A DNA stretch of 64,000 nucleotides from Hormiphora californensis (lineage: Eukaryota; Animalia; Ctenophora): positions 4,464,001-4,528,000 of the forward strand of contig CM035351.1 in the NCBI GenBank assembly GCA_020137815.1, read 5' to 3'. This document shows, piece by piece, positions 1-13,324 of the stretch (position 1 is its first letter; the number at the start of each line of letters is the position of its first letter). The position numbers were made by a program, and so were the translations under genes. The notes beneath the pieces were generated by a model. That model searched no databases. It was not told the DNA's origin and saw only the letters and a list, made by a program, of their open reading frames with translations.

Positions 1-201
1 TGCGTGCTGCCAAAAAAGTTGATTCACTAAAATGGCTCTAACCGCCAAACCACTCAACCGTTTTGACTGATTCAAAGTTTATATGGTAGGGAATGTTAAG
101 GCCTAATCCCAACCCAAGCCCTAACCCTAACCCCAATTTAGCCCTAACCCTAAAAAACCGTTTGTCAGCACTCACGAAACACCCAGATTTTAACGCTGGC
201 C
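1..201 (-). repeat. Interspersed repeat fragment with degenerate (TAACCC)n tract
   Basis: Reverse complement is highly similar to about 26655-26853; contains CCCTAACCCTAACCCC. Confidence 0.8.
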
Positions 202-213
202 TTTTTCAAATCC

Positions 214-359
214 ACTAACCCCAACACCGATTGGCATCACTTTCCGACAGCCGAAGAGAAGCTGCCGAAGAGAGAAAGGGGGTAACCGTATGAAGAGTTA
301 ATCGCGATGAGTCTCATTCACATTGGGTTCGATCATTTGCCCCCGGTGTTGGGGTTAGT
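214..359. mobile_element. Small MITE
   Basis: 16-bp terminal inverted repeat ACTAACCCCAACACCG (214-229) / CGGTGTTGGGGTTAGT (344-359). Confidence 0.65.
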
Positions 360-421
360 AATAAATAAATAAATCTTAAAATCACTCACTCAAATAAATA
401 ATAAATATTACAAATAAAAAG

Positions 422-1795
422 TCAGTCAGTAAAATCACACATTGCGATGGGAGGTGGAGTCGTGAACTTTTTCCTCGTGCCCCTCAGTGAGACCAAGGTA
501 CTTCTGAGGAGACAGAACCGTATCCGCGTTCTCAAGAAATTAATCACCTCAGCGTATTTGTCCTTGTGTTTCGTTGAGATGCGTGAAGCTAACTTTTTGA
601 TTAATCGTCCAGCCTCTGGTCCGGAACCTCCGGAGGTAGCCATCACAAACGGGGTGAAAGCCCCTCTCTCCGCTTCTCTGATTCGTTGTTGGTAATCACG
701 TTTCTTCCGACTTTCATTCATTTTATACAGAGATTTTGGGTCTTTTCCTCTGTAACTGGGTGCAGTGGGATGAAATACTGCAACGTCCACGTGGGCCCCC
801 TGTAGTCCTCTCCATAACCCAATAGCATACACGTCACTGCGAGCATCAGGTGCTGTATTGACACTCCGGGGGTAGTCATCTGGGTTAACTGGCTGCAACA
901 CTTTCTCAATTTCAACACCCTTGTATCCTGCATGGGTAATAATGTCTGCAAGGGTATCTCTAATCTCGTTGTGCCGCAGGATAGTAAACCCGCCAGTACT
1001 ACAGCTCAGGGCATGGTCTGCCCCATTCTGTTTTCCACATACACATTCAGAGAACTGGCCATTGATTTCAAAGCCATACCTGAGGCACATCGCGTCTGTG
1101 AACTCTGATTTGGATAGTTCTCTGTTGAAGATCTCCAAGGGCCGGGCAGAGAGCCAGGACGATGCTCCCGTCTCCATGTTTAGAAACAATGTCCTGGTCC
1201 ATTTTTCTTCCTCTTTACACACTGCCTCTCTTAGCGCCTTCTGTCTCTTCATCTCCTTGACACTGCATTCAAGCCTCCTCTCTGCGATTTCTTTCTCAAC
1301 TTCATGTATTGTCTTCTTGTTTTCATCCAATTCAAGTATGTTTAACACCAATGGCTCAGTGACATGCTCTGAATTTTTGTAGAAGACCGGGGCCGTCTCA
1401 ACAGGATTGTCTAGACCAAGGCCTCCCTCTCTTATTGGAAGAGCAAAGATTTTCCTCTCCATATCGCTGCACGGTCTTCCTATCAGCTTAGGTATCAGTC
1501 TGTTCCTTATGGCATCTTCGAGCCTTTGAAAAGAGTCTGCCGAGTCCGGGATGGTACGCTGGAGGTAAACCCATTTGAATTTCAGTGACGAGATGAAGTT
1601 CGAATAGGCGAGGTGTGGATGGCTACTGGCAATTTCAGCTAAGTTCTCAACCATGTCGCTCCACATCTCCACCTGGTCCTCAGTGTACTCCCAACTGTAT
1701 TCCATGGTCCCAATCGCCGCTCCAAGATGTTTCGCACCTTCCACCGTCAGATTTAAATCTGTGTCACTGAATAGCTCCTTAGCCTTTTTCAACAC
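422..1795 (-). mobile_element. 5'-truncated CRE-clade non-LTR retrotransposon (RT C-terminus/thumb, CCHC knuckle, restriction-like endonuclease)
   Basis: 457-aa ORF with KHLGAAIG, LPIREGGLGL, CVCGKQNGADHALSC, RHNEIRD, ARSDV...VDV and E-x-x-K-x-x-x-Y motifs; TTTA-repeat tail at about 360-420. Confidence 0.85.
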
Positions 1796-2246
1796 GCCCG
1801 GCTCCTGAACTTTTCATGATAAAATAAAGATGCCGCGCAGACGCAATACAGAGAAAAGGCAAAATCGGTGCGCGTTACATCTATCGCTATGTCTCTGCGC
1901 GGTGATCATAAGAAATGGGTCTCTGCGCGTTACAAAAAGTCATATTATCAACAACAACTCCCATGACACCACATACGTCATACAATTATAAACAAAGGCT
2001 AGATATCTGAGGATGAACCTTATTATGACACACGTGACTTATAAGGTAAACTCTTGGATTATTGGTTCAAGACAATATCTAATAATAAAAATCATAAATA
2101 CATCTATCTAAACGACATTTCATGCCTGATCCTCAAGATAACTAGATAAAAATAAAGTATAAAAATAAAGTTCTTAATCTGCATATCATCCTTTAAAACT
2201 AAATGTGAAACCAAAGCACAAAAACTATTAATATCCCACTATTTCA

Positions 2247-4530
2247 TTAAATCCGTGAGCTATTTCCCTTCACTACTTCATCATAGCTAGGAGGAGGAGG
2301 TAAATTGTCCCCCGAGTTTTCAATAACCAGGTCCCCATACTGAGGTGGTCCCGCAGTAAAATTATCAATCGGCCCAGCCGAGAAAGTTATAGAAACGGGA
2401 GAGGCGTTTCGCGGGGGGACAGTAGGTTCTGCCGATGCAGAACGTTGTCTCTCCTGTACAGGTGGATCAGCTGCAGAGACACGTCGCTGTCTCCGTCTCT
2501 CTGTGATATTAGGGGAGGACGGTGGAGAGTTCTGTGTACACGATTTGCACTTGGAAATCAAAGCGGTCATACACTTGACCAGCCACTTGAACAGCCACTT
2601 GAGCAACCAGAAAATGGGGAACAAAATCGATCCTTTTGTACTGAAAGAAGAGGGCGAGTTAGTTAGTTAATTTAGTATTAACATGGGTTTAGTTGATTTA
2701 AAATTCGGTTAGTAATTTAGATTAGGGTCAATTCAGCCCATACATACTACCCCACCTATAAATATCTGAGGTCAGATGTGACCCTTACCCTCAGTTACCA
2801 GATGACGGATCTTTCTGGCACATTAGATCGTGTAAAATACACCATGGCCAATTAATTCCTGGAAACTCCAATGGGAATACTCACAATGCATCATCCTCGT
2901 CCGGCACACTTTTCCCACAGAACTCAGCAGGTATTCTCACTAGTGGAACATACAGTGCCAGATGGGTTATATACAGCACCATTACTCCAAAATGACTAAT
3001 TTGCCTGAAAAAGGGTGTTTTGGATATATGATCATGTGCACATTTTAGGGATTCAGACACCCTTGTCTCATGTTTAACGGAAACGAAAACATTTCGGTGA
3101 TCATTAGCTAGTACATTTATTTTCAAGATGTCTATTTTCTAAGTGGAACCGAAGAATAACACACTGTCCAACAGTTGGATTCCAACTGTGACATGGTTTA
3201 CCTAAAAATAGAATCAGATTCGTCCACCTTAGTAACAACCACAGAAGCCACCAAGTGAAGGAATATAGCTAATCCAAAGAATGCCGACAGGTAATAGTTA
3301 GGTTTCTGAAAGGAAGTTTTGATTTAGGACTGAAAATTAGGTTCTGTACATGTGTAAAATATGTTAAAATGGGAACCGGATGCTAAGTCTAAAATCGTTC
3401 GCAGCGAACTGGAGATTTCGGCCGTTAGGCCGGAAATGAGTTTCCTTGCCTTGAGTTTAGACCTTTAGTCCGTTAGACTTTTGTCATGTTCTAAACCTTC
3501 TTTACATTTGTAAAGCGGGGCACGCGAAACACAGTCTAGCTAGGCAATTAGACTAAGAGTCTGCGACCCATTAAAACTTGTCACACAGTGATTCTATTCT
3601 TGCCTCGAAGTGAAGGTAGAGGTAACTCGTAGAAGTTTCGTAGGAACACTCAAACCAATCCATGTCGGTAAAGTTAAGCTTTACCGTTCCAGTAGTGGCA
3701 TTCATCTGAAAAATTCAACAGTTCAACCCCTTCTAAGAGGATCTATCTTGTTCGATATAAAGATTGAGTCCAGGATTTCAGCTTTGTCTAAAAAATCACC
3801 AATGTATACCAGTTCTGGAATTTGAGCTGCTAGTTGTGTATTTATCTCTGCTTGAATATCCGGCCACTCACACTGTATCAAAGCTTTATCAGTACCATCG
3901 TCAAAAATTGTCGCCTAAACAAAATTCTTTGTAAAAGACGTTCCATCGTGTAAGGGGAAGCTTAAAACCACAACAATTTTCGGCCCCAAACATTGCCACT
4001 ACCTTTATATCGCTGATGTGATACTTGTTGATATAAAGCCCTGTGTAAGAGTTGACTTTGTAGCCGAAATAGGTCACATTTCGGAAACTTGCTGTGATAA
4101 CTGGAACATAGTACTCTTCAAAACTTCCCTCGCACCACAATTTTGTCCACGATACATTTGTTACCTTGCATGTCCCGTTTGTAATGTAAGCTGAAACAAG
4201 GCATACTTTGTAATAATTACATAATAATCATCATTGGTGGCGCCGTCACCTCTCTAGAGAGGTGTTTCATCGCACGCGAGTTGTAAGGGTGACTGCGTCA
4301 CCAATTGTATTTACATACTGATCTATCAGCTATCTGGCCACTTTTTTATCTAGGGCCCTAGGGGATATTTGTCATTTATAGTTGCGTTTATAGAGGCCTA
4401 AGTACTTAAAGAATGATGCAGTCCACTTACAGTATTCATTTATTGGGTTGATGAAAATTACTCCCGTGGCTATGAGAGAAGCAAGGGTGGCAGTTATAAA
4501 GAGTCGTGCAAAGAAAACTTTATCAAACAT
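2247..4530 (-). CDS. Uncharacterised multi-pass membrane protein with PPxY tail, paralog 1 (7 exons)
   Basis: Starts MFDKVFFARLFITATLASLIATGVIFINP; exons homologous to the other copies with GT-AG borders; ends GPPQYGDLVIEN...LPPPPSYDEVVKGNSSRI. Confidence 0.8.
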
Positions 4531-4814
4531 AGCAAATTTCCATCATGTACCCATCTTAAATCATTCTCTCTGCCTAGGAGATTTTAATGTTGTTAATTAC
4601 ATGTTAAAGGTTAAAAAAACACCGTAAATGTTATAATACTGCCACTGGCATGTGTTGCGTGTTTCGGCTTCTTTTTTAGTTTCACTTGTACGTTACACAT
4701 TTTGAGGAAATTTCATCAATTTGGTATATTTTCCATTTTTTAACCACAGAGTTTACACCAGATACATAAACCAAAATTTTTTATGTTTGTAGGGTGTAGT
4801 GAGAGAGCTGGAGG

Positions 4815-6232
4815 GTCGAGCAATTCAAAAAGCTAGTGAACCATTTTGAGAAAAATGAGCTTTTTAACGACATTCAACATGGATTTAGGCGTGGGAGAAG
4901 TTGCCTCACCCAGCTCCTAGATCACTTCGACAACATTCATAGTAATGCACTCGATGGCATGGAAACTGACTCTGTGTACCTTGATTACGCTAAGGCGTTT
5001 GATCGAGTTGATCATAACATCTTGATTAGAAAGCTTAGAAGCTATAAGGTACATGAAGGTCTCGTGACATGGATCCAGTCTTTCCTGGAAGGAAGAGTGC
5101 AGAGAGTCACGGTGGATGGATGTCAGTCGGAGCCTGTACATGTTAAAAGCGGAGTTCCCCAAGGGTCAGTTTTGGGACCGATGCTCTTTTTAATATATCT
5201 GAATGATATCACAACGGTTGTGTCAGGAAGTACACTGCGGTGCTTTGCAGATGACACACGAATCATGAAGAGTATTGGAGGAGAAATGGATATGAAAATA
5301 CTCCAACGGGACCTGGATTCGGTTACCGAGTGGTCACTGAGAAATAACATGAAACTGCATACGGATAAGTTTGAATTCCTACTGCATGGCGTTTCACGTG
5401 ACCATCTCATGCACCATCTCCCTTTTACTGATGATATCTTGAGCTACAGCACTTCAGCAGGGCTGCTGAAACCTATGTCCTCGGTTAAGGATTTGGGCGT
5501 GCTTGTTCATTCTGATCTAACCTGGTCCTGTCACATCGCTACCATCGCCGAAAACGCTAAGAGGAAAGCAGCCTGGGTGTTTAGTGTGTTCAGGACCAGG
5601 GATAGAGGGGTTATGGTAACCCTCTACAAGAGCATGGTAAGAAGCCTGCTGGAATACTGCTGCCCTCTTTGGAATCCTACCAAAATCCAGGATATCCAGG
5701 TTTTAGAGGGGGTGCAACGCTCCTTCACCAGACGGATCTCTGAGTGCAAGGGGATGGATTACTGGCAGAGACTGCAATACCTGGGCCTTAGCTCCCTGCA
5801 GCGCAGGAGAGAGAGATACTCCATTCTCCACATGTGGAAGATCATGCACGGCCTAGTCTCCAATGACCTCAAAATAAGGTTCACAACTGGAGGCCGACTT
5901 GGAGTTCGAGCTGTGGTTCCCAAATTGACCAAACTGTCCACTATGGCCAAACAGACAGCATATGACGGATCCTTTGCTGTTATGGGACCACGACTATGGA
6001 ACTGTTTACCTGCAAAACTTAATCAAATTGACGAGTTCCAGGTATTCAAAGTTCAGCTGTCAAGATACCTGACGTCGTTTTCGGACTGTCCCCCAGTTAC
6101 GGGATATGTACGAAGCTCCAGGAACTCTATACTAGACATGAGACTGAACGACGGGGAGTTGCAAGCAAGCGATACCCCGGTCGGAGTGTAAACGGCGGCG
6201 AATCATCAGAAGTAACCAGAAGTAAGTAACAC
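4815..6232 (+). mobile_element. 5'-truncated CR1-like LINE (reverse transcriptase ORF 4836-6191)
   Basis: QHGFRRGRSC, YLDYAKAFDRVDH, SGVPQGSVLGP, FADDT and VKDLGV motifs; short AAGTAA-repeat tail. Confidence 0.92.
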
Positions 6233-6527
6233 GAATTAACTCACTTGTCATGTAACATCCTGTAACGTTGCACACACCGGTCGAGAGGGCAATCTTTTGT
6301 CTTATATGAGTCAAAATTGACTGAAAAGAGCCGAAGTGTGCATCACACGCCAGTTTCTATGTCAAATCACAAAATACTGTAATCCAGGATAGTTAAACTG
6401 CAATTTGTCTACAAATTCTATATACACAAACATTCAGCAGCAAATAAAAATGTTTTGTCATAAATTTCCAGAAAATATACAAAAAGTAATACCAATTCTA
6501 AAATACATCAATATCACATCATCCCAT

Positions 6528-7837
6528 TTAAATCCGTGAGCTATTTCCCTTCACTACCTCATCGTAACTAGGAGGAGGAGGTAAATTGTCTTCACCTACC
6601 CCCGAGTTTTCAATAACCAAGTTTCCATATTGTGGTGGTCCTTGTCCAATTGTCGGCTCTGACAAAGAATTCTGAGGCAGGGTTGCGAGTGACTCAATTG
6701 AGGCAGTTGCTTCAATGGAGACACGACGCTGTCTTAGTCTCCCTGCCGCTGGGGCATCAGCCGCTGCAGAGACAGACACTTGTCTCGGTCTCCGAGAGAG
6801 ATTTGGGCTGGGTGGTGGGGACTCCGATGAACACGTTTTGCGACATTTCTTGAACAGCCAGACGAGAGGTATGAAAATAGATCCCTTTTCACTGGGAGAG
6901 AGAGGAAAATAATAAGTTTAGTTGAAAATGGCGGTTGCTTGAAAATTATTAGGCAAAAAACTAATATTTTGAAGCTCTCTGGTTGGCAGCATGATACCTT
7001 TCATTGAGCTAGAAAAATGAGAGTGGAAAGAAACATTAAACAGAGAAACAATGTAAGATTGGGCTAGAGCGTAGTTCTCTGAGCATTTTGTATGAAAGTG
7101 TTTTCGTGGAGCTCGCTTTTGTACTGACTCATTCTACCGACTCGAACATTTCGACCTCGTAATCTGCCCGAGTCCAGAGAGAGAAGTCACAAAATATCTC
7201 TGCGATAAATGGGTCGGGAAAAAGACAAAAGCTCAGAGATGTATTCTCTACTATGTATTTCCAAATATATTTTCAAATTCTGTTGCTGCTATACTCACAA
7301 TAACTTTCCTGACTCCGGAATTTCATTTTCTTTCCCAAAGACCATAGCTGGAAGTAGAAGTAATAAAACGTAAATTCCCATGTGTATACCGTAAAGAAGA
7401 AACATTCCCAAAGTACCAACTTGGCTGAAAAATGATTACAGATATGAAATATCAAACGACCGTCTATATAATTGGTGAAGAGCAGGATTTTACTTACGCA
7501 GGATTTTACTTACGCAAAAACAGAATCAGATTTGTCAACCTTAGTAACAACCACAGAAGCCACCAAGTGAAGGAATATAGCTAATCCAAAGAATGCCGAC
7601 AGGTAATAATTGGGTTTCTAGAAATAGGGAGGGATTGTCATATACAATTGCATCAGCAGTATGGGACATGGGTACTGCATATAATTCGAATGTTCTAATT
7701 ATATTTACCTTGAAATCTAGGAAGAGCATATCATCATATGAATCATATTTATGGTAACACGAAAACCATTCCATATACGTGAAATTCAGGTCAACCAATA
7801 TCGTGTCATTTAGAGAATCAAATCCTGTGACATTATT
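6528..7837 (-). pseudogene. PPxY membrane protein paralog 2, partial (exons 4-7 only)
   Basis: Nearly identical to 9238-10544; exons 1-3 are absent and similarity to paralog 3 stops at about 7878. Confidence 0.7.
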
Positions 7838-7884
7838 CTGAAAAAAGAACGAAGTCATGTACAGTTGGACCCCGATTTATGAGG

Positions 7885-8072
7885 TATAAACTCTTGCCAG
7901 TGGCGCGTTATTTCAGATACCTTTCTCCCAGCGCGCCGCTGGGAGAAGGTAGCTGTAGTTTATCCGCCACTGGCGGATAAACTGGTTTAAATCACGACGA
8001 CGATCCCGAGGCGTAGCCGAGGGAGAGGCGGAGGGGTTTAAACCTATAACGCGTCTGTGGCAAGAGTTTATA
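7885..8072. mobile_element. MITE with internal hairpins
   Basis: TIR TATAAACTCTTGCCA / TGGCAAGAGTTTATA; internal palindrome TTCTCCCAGCGCGCCGCTGGGAGAA. Confidence 0.65.
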
Positions 8073-8309
8073 GGTTATATACCCTGCTTTAGTTGTTTGT
8101 TACAAGTATTACACACTAACAAGAGAGAGAACACTAATCAAAACACACAAAGAGAACTGAGAAACAGTCAAAAACATCTCTCAATTGAGTGTACATTGTT
8201 TGGTAACAGTTACTAAGGAGAGAGAGAAAGAAATAACAAGATATGGGGGCCATGAGAATGAGATTAACACTGGAAGGAATTGAGATAGTGCAACAAAAAT
8301 AAGGGTGTT

Positions 8310-8943
8310 ATGTGTTCAGGACAGATGAGGGGTATGGTAACCCTCACAGAGCATGTAAAAGCCTCTGGAATACTGCTGCCCTCTTGGAATCCTACCAATC
8401 CGATTCCAGGTTTTAGAGGGGGTGCAACGCTCCTTCACCAGACGGATCTCTGAGTGCAAGGGGATGGATTACTGGCAGAGTACTGCAATACCTGGGCCTT
8501 AGCTCCCTGCAGCGCAGGAGAGAGAGATACTCCATTCTCCACATGTGGAAGATCATGCACGGCCTAGTCTCCAATGACCTCAAAAATAAGGTTCACAACT
8601 GGAGGCCGACTTGGAGTTCGAGCTGTGGTTCCCAAATTGACCAAACTGTCCACTATGGCCAAACAGACAGCATATGACGGATCCTTTGCTGTTATGGGAC
8701 CACGACTATGGAACTGTTACCTGCCAAAACTTAATCAAATTGACGAGTTCCAGGTATTCAAAGTTCAGCTGTCAAGATACCTGACGTCGTTTTCGGACTG
8801 TCCCCCAGTTACGGGATATGTACGAAGCTCCAGGAACTCTATACTAGACATGAGACTGAACGACGGGGAGTTGCAAGCAAGCGATACCCCGGTCGGAGTG
8901 TAAAACGGCGGCGAATCATCAGAAGTAACCAGAAGTAAGTAAC
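8310..8943 (+). mobile_element. Second copy of the CR1-like LINE 3' end
   Basis: Near-identical to 5580-6232, with several small indels mostly near its left edge. Confidence 0.88.
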
Positions 8944-9237
8944 ACGAATTAACTCACTTGTCATGTAACATCCTGTATCGTTGCACCGGTCGAGAGGGCA
9001 ATCTTTTGTCTTATATGAGTCAAAATTGACTGAAAAGAGCCGAAGTGTGCATCACACGCCAGTTTCGATGTCAAATCACAAAAATACTGTAATCCAGGAT
9101 AGTTAAACTGCAATCTGTCTACAAATTCTATATACACAAACATTCAGCAGTAAATACAAATATTTTGTCATAAATTTCCAGAAAATATACAAAAAGTAAT
9201 ACCAATTCTAAAATACATCAATATCACATCATCCCAT

Positions 9238-12200
9238 TTAAATCCGTGAGCTATTTCCCTTCACTACCTCATCGTAACTAGGAGGAGGTAAATTGTCTTC
9301 ACCTACCCCCGAGTTTTCAATAACCAAGTTTCCATATTGTGGTGGTCCTTGTCCAATTGTCGGCTCTGACAAAGAATTCTGAGGCAGGGTTGCGAGTGAC
9401 TCAATTGAGGCAGTTGCTTCAATGGAGACACGACGCTGTCTTAGTCTCCCTGCCGCTGGGGCATCAGCCACTGCAGAGACAGACACTTGTCTCGGTCTCC
9501 GAGAGAGATTTGGGCTGGGTGGTGGGGACTCCGATGAACACGTTTTGCCACATTTCTTGAACAGCCAGACGAGAGGTATAAAAATAGATCCATTTTCACT
9601 GGGAGAGAGAGAAACATAATAAGTTTAGTTGAAAATGGCGGTTGCTTGAAAATTATTAGGCAAAAAACTAATATTTTGAAGCTCTCTGGTTGGCAGCATG
9701 ATACCTTTCATTGAGCTAGAAAAATGAGAGTGGAAAGAAACATTAAACAGAGAAACAATGTAAGATTGGGCTAGAGCGTAGTTCTCTGAGCATTTTGTAT
9801 GAAAGTGTTTTCGTGGAGCTCGCTTTTGTACTGACTCATTCTACCGACTCGAACATTTCGACCTCGTAATCTGCCCGAGTCCAGAGAGAGAAGTCACAAA
9901 ATATCTCTGCGATAAATGGGTCGGGAAAAAGACAAAAGCTCAGAGATGTATTCTCTACTATGTATTTCCAAATATATTTTCAAATTCTGTTGCTGCTATA
10001 CTCACAATAACTTTCCTGACTCCGGAATTTCATTTTCTTTCCCAAAGACCATAGCTGGAAGTAGAAGTAATAAAACGTAAATTCCCATGTGTATACCGTA
10101 AAGAAGAAACATTCCCAAAGTACCAACTTGGCTGAAAAATGATTACAGATATGAAATATCAAACGACCGTCTATATAATTGGTGAAGAGCAGGATTTTAC
10201 TTACGCAGGATTTTACTTACGCAAAAACAGAATCAGATTTGTCAACCTTAGTAACAACCACAGAAGCCACCAAGTGAAGGAATATAGCTAATCCAAAGAA
10301 TGCCGACAGGTAATAATTGGGTTTCTAGAAATAGGGAGGGATTGTCATATACAATTGCATCAGCAGTATGGGACATGGGTACTGCATATAATTCGAATGT
10401 TCTAATTATATTTACCTTGAAATCTAGGAAGAGCATATCATCATATGAATCATATTTATGGTAACACGAAAACCATTCCATATACGTGAAATTCAGGTCA
10501 ACCAATATCGTGTCATTTAGAGAATCAAATCCTGTGACATTATTCTGAAAAAAGAACGAAGTCATGTACAGTTGGACCCCGATTTACCAGGATAAACCAT
10601 TTTCCCTGTGAGTACATATCTCGATAAATCTGTATTCGCAGATACTGCCGCAGCATCTGCAAAAACAGATGTATCGCAATGCTGCGGCTAACTGTACGAA
10701 TAGCGGTACAAAATGCTCTCAAATGCTCTGAAAACCCGTGAAAACTTACCAGTTCTGGGATTTGAACTGCTAGTTGTGTATTTATCTCTGCTTGAATATC
10801 AGGCCGCTCACAATGTACCAAAGCGTCATCAGAACCATCGTCAAAAATGGTCGCCTAACAAGAAAAATTGCATTATGTATTCATAATGCGGTGTTTCCCT
10901 GCCACAAATGGATGTAAATTGACCAAGCATTGACCAGGCATCAAAACTAGAATTCCTGATGAAATTTGTGCTCAAAGAGCATTTTTGGGTGATGCAAAGT
11001 TGGTTACTAAGGCAACTAAGTTAGTTGCTATGGTAACCCAAGAAGTTGCCATGGTAATCCAAGCAGTTGATATGGTAACCAAGGCAGTTGCTAAGGAGAC
11101 CCCAGTTGGTTGCCAAGTGCGTAAACTTTAACCGCATCTCAACTTGATTTACTAGTGTGACAGTAGTTTCATGCTTGGAAGACGTTCAACCACTTCAGTA
11201 ATTGCGCACCACAATGTGTGTTAATCATTTCCTTTGTTGAGTCAACGAAGCGCGAGATGAAAGTTTTAGTAAGGAGCAGACTTGTTGTTAGGCGTTGTCC
11301 GTGACGGACGGACACATTTAGTTTATCCCCACGATCTGCTGATTTCTAAACCCTGAATCATATTTTTAGCACGTGCGTGCTAAAAACATCACCCGGGCAG
11401 GGAAAAAATGCGGATAAGATGAAATTCCGTGCATCTCTATTATAAAGTACAAATGCGTGGCGTGATGAGTGTGATGTCCTATCCACACGTGCAAATGGTG
11501 GGGGGTTGCCCTGGGAGGTGGCTTGGGAGGGGTATTGGAGGGGGGATACTGCACGTGCATGTTATTGGTTGTTTGTTGCGTGTTCCTGTGTTGTTCCTGT
11601 GGTGTTTTGGGATCTACTGCTGGGGCCGCCATGATTGCCAAAGCCTTTCTACCTACGTACCCCGTTGATTCTCTACACTGCTACAATTCTATGGATCTTT
11701 ATCACCTGATTATACATGTCATTCAGCGGGATTTCCCTTGATGTTTATCGCCAGCGCTCTACCACTACCAACCTACGTATTCTTTACCCCGACATGGAGA
11801 GACAAAGAGTAGGAGGGGGAGAGAGACATGGGGACGGTGGGGGGGGGGGGTTGAGGGACTTGAATGGGCTTTCTAGTTCCTTATAAAGTTGAATTTTTAA
11901 TTTAAGCGACAGGCTGCCGCGCATTTAAAGACGTCGTGCGGCGTTGTATTTGCGCATGACAATTCGAGAAACCTTTTCGCTCATATCTCCGGTTCCTGAT
12001 TAGATAAAGAATTGATTTTGGTTGCGTTGGAAAGGCCTTGAAATTATCTTTCCAACGCTTCCAAGTTCAAGTCTTAAGATTGCCAGGAACTCGATCACGA
12101 TTATCACGCACAAATACGACACCGCGCAACCTCTTTGAGTGTGCGGCGGCCCGTCGCTTAAATAACAAATTCGACTATAAGAGGGGGTGGGGACATGGAA

Positions 12201-13167
12201 CCTGGGTGAGGGAGGTCATACGTTGTATTCTAAACTGGCCAAAACACGGTATCATTCGAACGTTTCAAGATTGTACCCAGGTTGTGTCCACACCCCCTCA
12301 ACTAAGTTTTCACCCGTCCCCTTTTCCACAATCTAACTGAATTCCTTAGGATCTAGGGGAAACAAGATTTAATCAACCTTAGAAAGGCATGCCACCACAT
12401 ACCTTATTGTCATTGATGTGATCTTTGTTGATATAAAGACCCTTGTAAGAGCTGACTTTGTAGCCGAAATAGGTCACATTACGGAAACTTGCAGTGATAA
12501 CTGGAACATAGTACTCGTCAAAACTTCCCTCGCACCACAATGTTGTCCACGATATGGCGTTTATTTTGCAGGTTCCGTTCGTAACACGTGCTAAAAACGA
12601 AAAGGATTGTTTCAGATAAGATAATGATTGTCACACACTGACTGTACAGTGTACATCCCGCAACCTCGATGCACAGTCATACCCCAAACCCTGCTTTATC
12701 ATGCGCAAAGATGAAACACAGTTTGAACTCTTCAGAATCATTCATTCTTTTAAAAAAAGGCGTGCACGACTTTCCCACGGTCCGCACGAAAAGTCAGAGA
12801 CGGATTTAGACTACTTAGAGAGAAGAGTTGGTGCGCGTTAGCATTTGCTTTGTGCGTCACGCCTCAGATCCAAGTAGACGCTTTGGGGTAAGACCCTTCT
12901 CCCTACGCGGCCTCACGTAGCCGCACCGGGCCGAAGGCCCGGTGCGAAGAGGAGGGTCTTATATGGGACAAGATAATGAATGCTATGTATTAAGTTCTGT
13001 CATGTCGTATAAATATTACTCGAATCCAGCTCCAACTCAGGATCGTTCCTATAATACTTACAGTATTCATTTATTGGATTGATGAAAACCACTCCTGTGG
13101 CTATGAGAGAAGCAAGGGTGGCAGTTATAAATATTCGTGCGAGGAAAAGTTTATCAAACAAAGCCAT
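9238..13167 (-). CDS. PPxY membrane protein paralog 3 (7 exons, about 375 aa)
   Basis: Spliced by eye: MALFDKLFLARIFITATLASLIATGVVFINPINEY|SRVTNGTCKINAISWTTLWCEGSFDEYYVPVITASFRNVTYFGYK...|ATIFDDGSDDALVHCERPDIQAEINTQLAVQIPEL|NNVTGFDS...MEWFSCYHKYDSYDDMLFLDFK|KPNYYLSAFFGLAIFLHLVASVVVTK...|QVGTLGMFLLYGIHMGIYVLLLLLPAMVFGK...|ENGSIFIPLVWLFKK...PPQY...PPSYDEVV; all intron phases are compatible. Confidence 0.85.
10859..11407 (-). mobile_element. Helentron-associated (HINE/DINE-1-like) non-autonomous element
   Basis: Subterminal inverted repeats TTTCCCTGCC/GGCAGGGAAA, terminal stem-loop GCATTATG..CATAATGC and T-rich ends; the empty site is visible in paralog 4 (CCTAA|AATGCGG, about 16640). Confidence 0.65.
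11906..12157. mobile_element. TTAA-flanked MITE
   Basis: TTAA-GCGACAGGCTGCCGCGCA ... TGTGCGGCGGCCCGTCGC-TTAA, imperfect TIRs. Confidence 0.6.
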
Positions 13168-13324
13168 TCTTCATCATGAACCTCGTTGTAACCCCGCTCA
13201 ATCAACAAATCATAGCCATGACTAGAGCCTAAAAACTTTATTTTTGTTAGTTCTGTGCTAAAGTTGAAAGGATTGGTCGGATGAAACAAATACAATTTAG
13301 TTTTTATCTCTAAAATATATCAAA

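Noticed and set aside
100-155. Telomere-like (TAACCC)n, also at 26700-26760 and 27010-27055
   Set aside because: Short, degenerate and embedded in an interspersed repeat; not evidence of a telomere or fusion site.
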